Assembly: GCA_964350905.1 (NCBI GenBank)
Contig: CAYGMS010000001.1
Coordinates: 1 to 32,555 of the forward strand
Origin: an uncultured Thiobacillus sp.
Lineage (GTDB): Bacteria; Pseudomonadota; Gammaproteobacteria; Burkholderiales; Thiobacillaceae
Direction: 5' to 3'
DNA length: 32,555 nucleotides
Part shown: in pieces, positions 8,633 to 17,316 of the stretch
Layout: each line of letters opens with the position of its first letter
Position numbering within the stretch: position 1 is the first letter of the stretch
Translations under genes and position numbers: made by a program
Notes under the pieces: generated by a model
The model's database searches: none
The model's input: only the letters and a program-made list of their open reading frames with translations
What the model was told of the DNA's origin: nothing

Positions 8633-9544
8633 TCAGGATCGGGGCTGCGCGAGCAGATTGTCGGCTTCGGACATGACGAAATCGAGAAAGGCCTGTGCCA
8701 CGGCAGAAAAACGCTTGGCGGGCCGGTGCACGGCGTACCAGTGACGCAGGATCGGGAATCCTTGCACATCCAGGATGGCCAGCCGGTCGAGTGCGCTTTC
8801 CATTTCAAGTGTGTGGATCGAAACCACGCCCAGTCCAAGCCCGGCCTGTACGGCCTGTTTGATGGCTTCGTTGCTGCTCATTTCCATGGCGGTCGTCAGA
8901 CGTATGCCCGCAGCATCAAAAAACCGTTCGGCCGCCATGCGGGTACCGGAGCCTGGTTCGCGGCTGATAAAGCTTTCGTCCGCCAGGCGGGCAGGTGATA
9001 TGGCGCGCTCCTGTGCCAGGGGATGATTGGGCGCGGCAATCACCACCAGTGGATTTTCCATAAAAGGATGGGCAACCAGGTTCGATTCTTCAGGCGGCTG
9101 GCCCATGATGGCGAGATCTTTGTCGGTTTCGCACAATTGGGCGAGAATGTGCTCCCGGTTGCTGACGTCCAGGCTGACCTTGACACCGGGATAACGCTGG
9201 CAAAATGTGGCCAGAAGGCGTGGCGCAAAATAATTGGCGGTACTGGCGACAGTGATATTCAGTTGTCCACGGCGAACACCACGCATTTCCTCAAGTTCGA
9301 GTTGGGCCTCTTGGACTTGTACCAAAATTCCCTGTGCATGGTGGTACAGCGTTCGTCCGGCATCTGTCAGACGGATTTTTTTACCAACCTGGTCGAACAG
9401 CGGCATGCCAGCCTGTTCTTCCAGTTGCCGGATTTGCATGGAAACAGCAGGTTGGGATAGATGCAATTCCACGGAGGCGCGAGTAAAACCTGTCAGTCTC
9501 GCGGCCGCTTCAAACACTTGAAGTTGGCGCAGGGTAATGTGCAT
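8633..9544 (-). CDS. cbbR: LysR-type regulator CbbR
   Basis: MHITLRQLQVF...FTRASVELHLSQPAVSMQIRQLE HTH; STANYFAP, REPGSGTR, SNEAIKQAV; divergent from cbbL. Start at ATG 9544 preferred over 9577. Confidence 0.93.
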   Translation of the reverse strand: MHITLRQLQVFEAAARLTGFTRASVELHLSQPAVSMQIRQLEEQAGMPLFDQVGKKIRLTDAGRTLYHHAQGILVQVQEAQLELEEMRGVRRGQLNITVASTANYFAPRLLATFCQRYPGVKVSLDVSNREHILAQLCETDKDLAIMGQPPEESNLVAHPFMENPLVVIAAPNHPLAQERAISPARLADESFISREPGSGTRMAAERFFDAAGIRLTTAMEMSSNEAIKQAVQAGLGLGVVSIHTLEMESALDRLAILDVQGFPILRHWYAVHRPAKRFSAVAQAFLDFVMSEADNLLAQPRS

Positions 9545-9552
9545 CGGTAGAC

Positions 9553-9619
9553 CATAAGCATTAGTTATGTAATTCATTATGAATCCCGATTGTTAATTAT
9601 GCAATTGTGCAGATATGGT
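9553..9619 (+). promoter_or_regulatory. CbbR operator and cbbL promoter
   Basis: Inverted repeat CATAA-N7-TTATG (9553-9569), then TTGTTA (9590-9595)-N18-TATGGT (9614-9619), in the AT-rich cbbR-cbbL gap. Confidence 0.75.
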
Positions 9620-9628
9620 TACGGTCCC

Positions 9629-9720
9629 GTCATGGCCTTTGTTGGCTGTGACTGTGTAATGAAGGAAGCTTTGAACAAGTCCTCTAGCCACAGGTGCAGG
9701 GGGTTTTGTTCAGGGTTTCC
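9629..9720 (+). other. Structured 5' leader of the cbbL mRNA (two G-U-rich hairpins)
   Basis: GTCATGGCC/GGCTGTGAC (9629-9652) and GGAAGCTTTGAACAA.../...TTGTTCAGGGTTTCC (9664-9720) pair fully only with G-U wobbles on the + strand. Confidence 0.6.
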
Positions 9721-9804
9721 TGAGGGCTTGGTTTTGTGCAGCAAGGCAACCAGGTATTAAGGGTTTGGAATTTTTGTCTGAATCAGCAAGCTAAGGAGCA
9801 AATA

Positions 9805-11226
9805 ATGGCAGTGAAGACCTATCAGGCCGGGGTAAAAGAATACCGGCACACTTACTGGATGCCGGAATACACCCCGCTGGATACCGACCTCCTGGCGTGT
9901 TTCAAAATCACCCCGCAGGCGGGTGTGGACCGTGAAGAGGCTGCTGCTGCTGTTGCTGCAGAATCGTCCACGGGTACCTGGACCACTGTGTGGACCGACC
10001 TGTTGACGGACATGGACTACTACAAGGGCCGTGCCTATCGCATTGAGGACGTCCCGGGCGACGATGCCTGCTTCTACGCATTTATCGCCTACCCGATCGA
10101 TCTGTTCGAAGAGGGTTCAGTGGTCAACGTGTTCACCTCGTTGGTGGGCAACGTGTTCGGCTTCAAGGCCGTGCGTGCTCTGCGTCTGGAAGACATCCGC
10201 TTCCCGATCGCCTACGTCAAGACCTGCGGCGGCCCACCCCTGGGCATCCAGGTTGAGCGTGACGTGATGAACAAGTACGGTCGTCCGATGCTGGGCTGTA
10301 CCATCAAGCCGAAGCTGGGTCTGTCCGCCAAGAACTACGGCCGCGCCGTGTACGAATGTCTGCGCGGCGGTCTGGACTTCACCAAGGACGACGAAAACGT
10401 CAACAGTCAGCCGTTCATGCGTTGGCGTCAGCGTTTCGATTTCGTGCAGGAAGCCACCCTGAAAGCCGAAGCTGAAACTGGCGAGCGCAAGGGCCACTAC
10501 CTGAACGTGACTGCTTCGACCCCGGAAGAGATGTACAAGCGTGCCGAGTACGCAAAAGAAATCGGCGCACCGATCATCATGCACGACTACATCACCGGTG
10601 GTTTCTGTGCCAACACAGGTCTGGCCAACTGGTGTCGTGAAAACGGCATGCTGCTGCATCTCCACCGTGCCATGCACGCCGTGGTTGACCGTAACCCGCA
10701 CCACGGTATTCACTTCCGCGTGCTGACCAAGATTGCCCGTCTGTCAGGTGGTGACCACCTGCACACCGGCACCGTCGTCGGCAAGTTGGAAGGCGACCGC
10801 GCTTCGACGCTGGGCTGGATCGATCTGCTGCGTGAGTCCTTCATTCCGGAAGACCGCAGCCGCGGCATCTTCTTCGACCAGGACTGGGGTTCCATGCCTG
10901 GCACGTTCGCGGTTGCATCCGGTGGTATCCACGTATGGCACATGCCTGCGCTGGTTAACATCTTTGGTGATGACTCCGTGCTGCAGTTCGGTGGCGGTAC
11001 GCTGGGTCACCCCTGGGGTAACGCTGCAGGTGCTTGCGCCAACCGCGTGGCGCTGGAGGCTTGTGTTCAGGCGCGCAACGAAGGCCGTGAGATTGAGAAG
11101 GAAGGCAAGGAAATTCTTACCGCCGCCGCTGCCAACAGCCCCGAACTCAAGATCGCCATGGAAACGTGGAAAGAGATCAAGTTCGAGTTTGACACCGTCG
11201 ACAAGCTGGACATCGCGAACAAGTAA
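9805..11226 (+). CDS. cbbL: RuBisCO form IA (carboxysomal, IAc by context) large subunit
   Basis: [32 protein letters not shown] carbamylation motif, [22 protein letters not shown] before ATG 9805 (473 aa). Confidence 0.99.
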   Translation: MAVKTYQAGVKEYRHTYWMPEYTPLDTDLLACFKITPQAGVDREEAAAAVAAESSTGTWTTVWTDLLTDMDYYKGRAYRIEDVPGDDACFYAFIAYPIDLFEEGSVVNVFTSLVGNVFGFKAVRALRLEDIRFPIAYVKTCGGPPLGIQVERDVMNKYGRPMLGCTIKPKLGLSAKNYGRAVYECLRGGLDFTKDDENVNSQPFMRWRQRFDFVQEATLKAEAETGERKGHYLNVTASTPEEMYKRAEYAKEIGAPIIMHDYITGGFCANTGLANWCRENGMLLHLHRAMHAVVDRNPHHGIHFRVLTKIARLSGGDHLHTGTVVGKLEGDRASTLGWIDLLRESFIPEDRSRGIFFDQDWGSMPGTFAVASGGIHVWHMPALVNIFGDDSVLQFGGGTLGHPWGNAAGACANRVALEACVQARNEGREIEKEGKEILTAAAANSPELKIAMETWKEIKFEFDTVDKLDIANK

Positions 11227-11237
11227 GGAGCAACGAA

Positions 11238-11277
11238 CTGGAAGTGTGGACGGGATTCCTCCTGCCATTACTTCCAG
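11238..11277 (+). other. Intercistronic stem-loop between cbbL and cbbS
   Basis: CTGGAAGT-GTGG-A-CGGG ... CCTG-CCAT-T-ACTTCCAG. Confidence 0.55.
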
Positions 11278-11309
11278 ATCCGTTCCTAATTTATTGAAAG
11301 GAAATAAAC

Positions 11310-11636
11310 ATGGCTGTTCAAGTTTACAAAGCCGGGACCAAGTACGAGACGTTTTCTTATTTGCCCGTGATGACGGCAGACCAGGTCCGTCGCCAGATTG
11401 CTTATTGCATTAGCCAGGGTTGGAACCCGTCGGTTGAGCATACGGAGAAAGGCACGTCCGCCACCAGCAACTACTGGTACATGTGGAAACTGCCCTTCTT
11501 CGGCGAGCAGTCGGTCGACAGCGTGCTGACCGAGCTGGATGCATGTCATCGCGAATTCCCTGACCAGCTGGTGCGTTTTGTCGCTTATGACAACTATGCG
11601 CAAAGCCAGGGCATGAACTTCGTGGTGTATCGCTAA
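11310..11636 (+). CDS. cbbS: RuBisCO small subunit
   Basis: [39 protein letters not shown]. Confidence 0.99.
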   Translation: MAVQVYKAGTKYETFSYLPVMTADQVRRQIAYCISQGWNPSVEHTEKGTSATSNYWYMWKLPFFGEQSVDSVLTELDACHREFPDQLVRFVAYDNYAQSQGMNFVVYR

Positions 11637-11645
11637 AAAGCAATA

Positions 11646-11672
11646 TGGCGCCAGTGCCAGGCACTGGCGCCA
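11646..11672. repeat. Perfect inverted repeat (13-bp arms, 1-nt centre)
   Basis: TGGCGCCAGTGCC-A-GGCACTGGCGCCA just after the cbbS stop. Confidence 0.85.
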
Positions 11673-11698
11673 AGCAGGATGGTTGTATTCCAAGTTCT

Positions 11699-11742
11699 GT
11701 TTGTTGAGGTCGCGATTACGCGTAATCGCGACCTCAACAAAC
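11699..11742. repeat. 44-bp perfect palindrome with no spacer
   Basis: GTTTGTTGAGGTCGCGATTACG|CGTAATCGCGACCTCAACAAAC, ending 18 bp before the csoS2 start. Confidence 0.9.
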
Positions 11743-11760
11743 CCGTTAGATTCGAGGTAA

Positions 11761-14469
11761 GTGATGACACTAACCACCGACAGCACCGCCACCGCGACCC
11801 TTTCCGGCCGTGAGTTGGCATTGAATCGCCGCAAGGCCATGGCATTACATGGCAAGACCGGCGTGACGAAAACTGCGTCTGTCATGCCGGCCCGGTCCGC
11901 AGCTTCGCGCGTTGAACCTGCAGCAGCCCGTGCGGCTGAATCAGGCCAGAGCAAGGCGTCTTCAGTGTCGGCATCCGATGCGTCCATCATGGCACAAGCC
12001 CGGGTGGCAGTTGCCGCCAACGGCCGTAGCGCCAGTCGTGCACGTCGCGAAGCGCTGAGCACGTCAGGCAAGGCTGCGTTGCAGCCTACCGCAGCACGCC
12101 CGAGTGGTCGCGTCCGCCCGAAGCCACAGACTGATGCGATGGCCTCGGCGGCTGTCGCCGATACACCGGCAAAGGGCTGCGGTTGCGGTTGCAATGGCGC
12201 CAAAGGCGGCTGTGGTGATACTCCGTCTTCGACGGGCATGATGCCTGCTGCTGCCATATCGCCTGCCTCGGATGTTCCGCGGAAAGCAACAGAGCCGACG
12301 GGCCGCGCGTTAGCACGCGCACGTCGTGCAGCGCTGTCTCAGGATGGCAAGGCCGGCCTCAAGCGTGTGGCGCAAGCGACCAAGATAGCTTCCTCCATGC
12401 CGGGCCAGGACTGGCAGGCAGCCATTTCCAAGGGTGCAACCGGTCGTCAAAAAGCCATGCAGCGTCGTGTGGTGCAATCGCTGGCTGGCAACATCAAGCC
12501 GGCCAAGGAGACGCGCCCCGCTGGACGCATGCGTGCCCGTCTGGAAACGCCCGCTCCGGCCAAGGTTGAAGAAGGCCATACCCTGTCGGGTAGTGGCGTG
12601 ACGGGCACCATGGTTGAGCGCAGCAAAAAAGTCACCGGCAATGAGCCAGGCTCCTGCCGTGCTGTGACGGGCACCGAATACATCGGTGTCGAGCAATACG
12701 AAACGATGTGTAGTTCACGACCCTCGGCTGCGCCTGGCAAAGTCGGCGTAAGCCACACGATCGGTGAACGCAAGGTGACGGGTACCGAAGTGGGTCGCGC
12801 GGCCAATGTTACCGGTGACGAGCCGGGCAACTGCCGCGGCATTACGGGCACCGAATATCTGGCAGCCGAACGTTACGACGAAATGTGCTCTAGTCGTCCC
12901 GCGCCGTCGCCTGCCAAGGTGGCGCTGTCGGATACGTCCAAGGGCAAGCATGTCACCGGCACCTCGGTAAGCCGTTCGGGCAAGGTTACGGGCAATGAAC
13001 CGGGATCGAATCGTCCCATTACCGGAACCGATTACGCGGTGCCGACTAATGGCGCCACGGCTCCCGACAAAGTGATGCTGACGCATACCAGCCACGGCAA
13101 AACCGTGAGCGGAACGGCGGTTGGCCACTCGTCAAAGATTACTGGCGATGAGAATGGCAGCTGCCGTGGCATCACGGGGACCGAGTATCTTGCGCAGGAA
13201 CAGTTCACCGCCGTGTGCAGCACCTCTGCTCCCGAAGCGCCGCGCAAGGTCAGCGTGATGTCTTCACGTGGCAACCAGCCGGTTTCCGGCACCGCAGTCG
13301 GTCGCTCCGGCAACGTGACGGGTGATGAGCCTGGCTCATGCCGCAGCATTACGGGTTCGCAGTACTACACCGCGGGAAGCTTCGGTGCGCTGTGCGATTC
13401 CGCTTCACCGAAAAAGGTTTCGACGATGCAAACCCTGGCTGGTCGTACGTTGACCGGCACGGAGGTAGGCCGCAGCCCAAAGGTGTCCGGTGACGAGATG
13501 GGTGGGTGCAAACCCGTCACCGGTACTGAATATATCGGCGCAGACCAGCAGCGTGCTGTCTGTGCCGTAAGCACCCCCGTGGCACCGGTTGCCAAGGTTG
13601 CAGTTGATCAAACCTGGCGCGGCCAGTCCGTCACGGGTACTTATGTGGGACGCTCGGGACTCGTGACGGGTGATGAGTCGGGTGGTTGTTCTCCGATTAG
13701 CGGCACCCCTTATATCGGTCGCGGTCAGTTCAGCGGTTTCTGCGAAGCGCCTGCGCTTCAGGCACAGGAAGCCATTATTCGCTCAAGTGCAGTGATACCT
13801 GCTGCAGCTGTAACCGGGGATCGTCCCGGTGCGGGAGGTTCGGTAATGACGGGTGACGAGCGTGGCGCCTGTGAAGTCGTGAGCGGCACCCCCTATCTGG
13901 GTGTCGACAACACGACTTCACAATGTGCAACCAGCGGTCGGTTCGTGGCACGCGGCAAGTCGCAAATTGAAATGACGCGTCAACCTGCGCCGCTGGATTT
14001 CAGCATCAGCACGCCGGCGCGCGCCGCCCAGCAAAAGCAGTTCAGCGACGTGACGGGCTCGGCCTACAACAGCGAGCGCATCACTGGCCCGGTGAACAAG
14101 GCGGGGGGCCTGATTACGGGCACCCCCGAATTTCGCCACCGTGATGCAACTGCCGGCCAGGCTGTTCAAGCGGACGCTATTGCTGCGATAGCAGCGGCTC
14201 GCCGACTGACAGGCGAAGGCAGCCAGGCCGGACGCCAGGTGACGGGTGACGCATGGGATGCGATGAGCAAAGTGACGGGAACAGAGGGCGCGTCGAGTAT
14301 GTCGCGCAACCCCTCGGCACGTGGCAACCCGCGTGGTACGGGCATGAACGCAGCGCTGTTCCGCGAGGTGGTCGAGACCCCTGTGGTACCGGACAGCCGC
14401 ATTACGGGCTCGTCTGGCAACACCGGTAAAGGCTCGCTGGTCACCCTGTCGGGTGGTGCGCGCGGTTAA
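11761..14469 (+). CDS. csoS2: Carboxysome scaffold protein CsoS2
   Basis: Four N-terminal R..RR..(L/M)..GK-type RuBisCO-binding repeats, six to seven middle repeats (KV...VTG...VTGDEPGSCR.ITGTEY), C-terminal ITGSSGN...VTLSGGARG. Start GTG 11761 or ATG 11764. Confidence 0.98.
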   Translation: MMTLTTDSTATATLSGRELALNRRKAMALHGKTGVTKTASVMPARSAASRVEPAAARAAESGQSKASSVSASDASIMAQARVAVAANGRSASRARREALSTSGKAALQPTAARPSGRVRPKPQTDAMASAAVADTPAKGCGCGCNGAKGGCGDTPSSTGMMPAAAISPASDVPRKATEPTGRALARARRAALSQDGKAGLKRVAQATKIASSMPGQDWQAAISKGATGRQKAMQRRVVQSLAGNIKPAKETRPAGRMRARLETPAPAKVEEGHTLSGSGVTGTMVERSKKVTGNEPGSCRAVTGTEYIGVEQYETMCSSRPSAAPGKVGVSHTIGERKVTGTEVGRAANVTGDEPGNCRGITGTEYLAAERYDEMCSSRPAPSPAKVALSDTSKGKHVTGTSVSRSGKVTGNEPGSNRPITGTDYAVPTNGATAPDKVMLTHTSHGKTVSGTAVGHSSKITGDENGSCRGITGTEYLAQEQFTAVCSTSAPEAPRKVSVMSSRGNQPVSGTAVGRSGNVTGDEPGSCRSITGSQYYTAGSFGALCDSASPKKVSTMQTLAGRTLTGTEVGRSPKVSGDEMGGCKPVTGTEYIGADQQRAVCAVSTPVAPVAKVAVDQTWRGQSVTGTYVGRSGLVTGDESGGCSPISGTPYIGRGQFSGFCEAPALQAQEAIIRSSAVIPAAAVTGDRPGAGGSVMTGDERGACEVVSGTPYLGVDNTTSQCATSGRFVARGKSQIEMTRQPAPLDFSISTPARAAQQKQFSDVTGSAYNSERITGPVNKAGGLITGTPEFRHRDATAGQAVQADAIAAIAAARRLTGEGSQAGRQVTGDAWDAMSKVTGTEGASSMSRNPSARGNPRGTGMNAALFREVVETPVVPDSRITGSSGNTGKGSLVTLSGGARG
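13461..13523 (+). other. Programmed -1 ribosomal frameshift cassette in csoS2 (gives short CsoS2A)
   Basis: In-phase slippery heptamer C-CCA-AAG (13476-13482), internal GGAGG 10 nt upstream, stem CCGGTGACG/CGTCACCGG (13487-13523), and a -1 frame stop TGA at 13491-13493. Confidence 0.8.
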
Positions 14470-14479
14470 GGCTTGAACA

Positions 14480-15967
14480 ATGAACACGCGTAAACGACTT
14501 GCTGCGATGCGTAATGCCGGAGCACTCTGCCAGCCAGAGTCACTCCAAAACACGGCGTGCGTCATCGGATCGGGTCAGCGCTGTGAACATGCGCTGGTCG
14601 ACCAGGAGTTGAATCGCCGTCTGTATGCCTACGAAAACAAGGTACGCGGACGCTTTTCACCCATCGTCGATACGTTGAAAACGCTGTCGGCCTTCCAGCA
14701 CGAACTGGATTTTGTGGCACGCGCCCAGCGTGTGGCGCAGGACAAGTTGGGTTACACCTTGCCGCTGCATTTGCTGGAAAACGCCTGGTCGGCCGGACTG
14801 GATTTGCGCGCCCTGCATTCCTACTGCGTGTTCCGCAGTTTCAAGGAATGCATCGAGCAGACCGAGGCTGACCAGATGCCCTGGCGTGACAGGATGTCGA
14901 TTGATGCGGCCTTCATTCAGTCGTGCGGCTACCACACGCTGGATATCAGCCCGTGTGCTGACGGTCGGCTGCAGGGCTTGCTGCCATTTGTATTCCGCAT
15001 GGCATCGAACGATGCCGTGTATGTAAAAGCGTATGCCGGCGCGCTGTTTGACGTCGAAGGCGATGTGGCAGACTGGACCCAGCGCGAGTTGCTGCGTTTG
15101 TCGGGCGGCATTCCGGGCGGCGAAAGCGGCAATTATTTGAAGATCGCGGTGTATCACTACAGCACCTCGAATCCGTGTCAGCAGGGTTGCGCGGCGCATG
15201 GCAGCAATGATGGCCTCGCCACGCAGGCAGCAACAGACCGCCTGGCTGAGTTGCGCGGCGCGATCGAAAACACGTATGGCCGGGGTGCTGCACCAGACAC
15301 CTTGATGATCGGGATGGACACCGACACCGACGCGATCCGGGTGCACCTGCCCGACAGCGAAAGTGCGAACTGCCCGATGCGGTTTGTCGAAAGTGCGTCG
15401 CTCTTCCACGAGACGCTGGGCATGAGCGCAGCAGATGCGCAGCGTGCAGTTGAACAGGCAATCGTTCAGGCTGAAAAAAACTGTGGTATTCAGCCGGGCA
15501 TGCGCAAGCTGATTACCCGCTTGCTGGAAGCGAACTTGTCGCAGATCCAGTATGTGATCCAGCATCACGAAGGGCGTTACGCCGTGATCGGTCACAACGA
15601 ACGCTTCATCTGCGCCGGTGAAGCGATGAGCGAACTGCAACTGCGCAACAAGTTTTACTTTGCCCATCTGGACACGGTGGAAGAAGGCGCGCCGGACATG
15701 GATGTGGGGATCAAGATTTTTACCGGGCTGAATGTTGTCCGGGGGCTGGCGGTGCCGGTGCTGGTGCACTTCCACTATTCGTCACGGGTGCCGGGCGCAC
15801 GCGAACGCGCAGTGGCACGGTGCAAGCGCGTTCAGGCCGCCATCCAGGATCGCTACCCGCAGCTGCACCAACAGGGCATGCTGCATTGCCAGATGGCGGT
15901 AAGCGATTCGGAGGGCAGCGAACGCTGCACATTTATTGAAGATGTTGTCCAGCAAGCGGGACATTGA
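14480..15967 (+). CDS. csoS3: Carboxysome carbonic anhydrase CsoSCA
   Basis: DISPCADGRL, KAYAGALFDVE, HYS...GCAAHGSND, GMDTDTDAIRVH; located after csoS2. Confidence 0.97.
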   Translation: MNTRKRLAAMRNAGALCQPESLQNTACVIGSGQRCEHALVDQELNRRLYAYENKVRGRFSPIVDTLKTLSAFQHELDFVARAQRVAQDKLGYTLPLHLLENAWSAGLDLRALHSYCVFRSFKECIEQTEADQMPWRDRMSIDAAFIQSCGYHTLDISPCADGRLQGLLPFVFRMASNDAVYVKAYAGALFDVEGDVADWTQRELLRLSGGIPGGESGNYLKIAVYHYSTSNPCQQGCAAHGSNDGLATQAATDRLAELRGAIENTYGRGAAPDTLMIGMDTDTDAIRVHLPDSESANCPMRFVESASLFHETLGMSAADAQRAVEQAIVQAEKNCGIQPGMRKLITRLLEANLSQIQYVIQHHEGRYAVIGHNERFICAGEAMSELQLRNKFYFAHLDTVEEGAPDMDVGIKIFTGLNVVRGLAVPVLVHFHYSSRVPGARERAVARCKRVQAAIQDRYPQLHQQGMLHCQMAVSDSEGSERCTFIEDVVQQAGH

Positions 15968-15993
15968 ACGGAATGAGTCGCTAAGGCAGCCTT

Positions 15994-16251
15994 ATGAGAA
16001 TCATGAAAGTCGAGAAAACGCTGGTATCGACGAACCGGATCAATGGATTCGGTCACCGTCCTCTGCTGGTGGTGCAGGAAAAAGAAGGTGGTGTTCGCAG
16101 TGTCGCGGTCGACGCGGTGGGATGCATCCCCGGCGACTGGGTCATCTGCGTGGGATCGTCGGCAGCACGTGAGGCAGCGGGCAGCAAGGAATTTCCGTCC
16201 GACCTGACGATTGTTGGCATTATCGACCACTGGACGGCTGATAAAGCCTGA
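15994..16251 (+). CDS. csoS4A: Carboxysome vertex pentamer CsoS4A
   Basis: MRIMKVEKTLVSTNRI...VAVDAVGCIPGDWV...GSSAAREAAG...DLTIVGIIDHW. Confidence 0.95.
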   Translation: MRIMKVEKTLVSTNRINGFGHRPLLVVQEKEGGVRSVAVDAVGCIPGDWVICVGSSAAREAAGSKEFPSDLTIVGIIDHWTADKA

Positions 16252-16264
16252 TGGAGTTGTTTTA

Positions 16265-16510
16265 ATGGAAATCATGCGCGTCATGGATGAGTTGGTCTGT
16301 ACCCAGCGCATCCCGGGTTTGAAAGCAGCGTCGCTGCGAGTGCTCGAAACTCAGGCGGGTGGATTGCTGGTGGCGTCTGACCCGGTCGGCGTGCCGATTG
16401 GGAAATGGGTGTTTACCGCGAGCGGCAGTGCAGCACGGTGGGCAATGCCGGACCCGAATGTAATGACCGACTTGACGATTTGCGGAATTATCGACAATTG
16501 GAATAAGTGA
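16265..16510 (+). CDS. csoS4B: Carboxysome vertex pentamer CsoS4B
   Basis: MEIMRV..ELVCTQRIPGL...VASDPVGVPIGKWVFTASGSAAR...TDLTICGIIDNW; ATG 16265 with upstream GGAG. Confidence 0.95.
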   Translation: MEIMRVMDELVCTQRIPGLKAASLRVLETQAGGLLVASDPVGVPIGKWVFTASGSAARWAMPDPNVMTDLTICGIIDNWNK

Positions 16511-16611
16511 GTTTTAAGAGTAGGGGCAAGGGAAGGCGTGGTTGGCGCGATTGCCCTTGGAATTTGTAGTAAAAATTTCATTATTAACTTTGTGATAGAA
16601 GGAGTAACAAA

Positions 16612-16908
16612 ATGGCTGAACGTATGGGTGTTGCGCTGGGCATGATTGAAACCCGTGGTCTGGTTCCCGCGATTGAAGCGGCTGATGCCATGACCAAGGC
16701 CGCAGAAGTGCGTCTGATCGGTCGTCAGTTTGTGGGTGGTGGTTATGTGACCGTGCTGGTTCGCGGCGAGACCGGCGCAGTCAACGCTGCCGTTCGCGCT
16801 GGTGCCGATGCATGCGAACGCGTGGGTGACGGCCTGGTTGCTGCCCACATCATCGCTCGCGTACACGGCGAAGTGGAAGGCATTCTGCCGACCGCACCGA
16901 GCGCCTGA
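16612..16908 (+). CDS. csoS1: BMC-H shell hexamer CsoS1 (A/C-type, 98 aa)
   Basis: GVALGMIETRGLVPAIEAADAMTKAAEV...GGGYVTVLVRGETGAVNAAVRAG; strong AAGGAG RBS. Confidence 0.97.
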   Translation: MAERMGVALGMIETRGLVPAIEAADAMTKAAEVRLIGRQFVGGGYVTVLVRGETGAVNAAVRAGADACERVGDGLVAAHIIARVHGEVEGILPTAPSA

Positions 16909-17247
16909 TTGCTTTAAATCTCGGCGTTTTAAAGTTCGTAACAAGCATTGAATTTAGGAGAAAAGAATGGCTAGCGTGTCTGGAGTTGCCCTTGGCATGA
17001 TTGAAACCCGTGGTCTGGTTCCCGCGATTGAAGCGGCTGATGCCATGACCAAGGCCGCAGAAGTGCGTCTGATCGGTCGTCAGTTTGTGGGTGGTGGTTA
17101 TGTGACCGTGCTGGTTCGCGGCGAGACCGGCGCAGTCAACGCTGCCGTTCGCGCTGGTGCCGATGCATGCGAACGCGTGGGTGACGGCCTGGTTGCTGCC
17201 CACATCATCGCTCGCGTACACGGCGAAGTGGAAGGCATTCTGCCGAC
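16639..17247 (+). repeat. 254-bp identical direct repeat shared by the two csoS1 genes (16639-16892 and 16994-17247)
   Basis: Base-by-base comparison shows no differences, including synonymous positions. Confidence 0.9.
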
Positions 17248-17305
17248 TTCGCCTGACGCGGGTGGTGGTGGTCGCGACGCTGAAATCACGTCGACCCGCA
17301 GCTAA
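16967..17305 (+). CDS. csoS1B: BMC-H shell hexamer CsoS1B (C-terminal extension)
   Basis: Same BMC core plus tail PDAGGGGRDAEITSTRS; the last, extended csoS1 copy. Confidence 0.9.
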   Translation: MASVSGVALGMIETRGLVPAIEAADAMTKAAEVRLIGRQFVGGGYVTVLVRGETGAVNAAVRAGADACERVGDGLVAAHIIARVHGEVEGILPTSPDAGGGGRDAEITSTRS

Positions 17306-17316
17306 GTCGTCGCCAG

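Noticed and set aside
9545..9577. 11-aa N-terminal extension of CbbR
   Set aside because: It overlaps the CbbR operator; the LysR HTH begins at MHITLRQL (9544).
9736..9804. 23-aa N-terminal extension of CbbL in the ORF track
   Set aside because: A strong AAGGAG RBS and the canonical MAVKTY N-terminus place the start at 9805.
11286..12257. 323-aa minus-strand ORF spanning cbbS and the csoS2 start
   Set aside because: Antisense to two well-supported genes; low-complexity translation with no family signal.
12560..13720. Periodic repeats in csoS2 as a possible CRISPR array or tandem DNA repeat
   Set aside because: The repeats are degenerate at DNA level and conserved at protein level (CsoS2 middle repeats); there is no identical repeat-spacer structure and no cas gene.
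14657..15775. 372-aa minus-strand ORF
   Set aside because: Antisense shadow of csoSCA.
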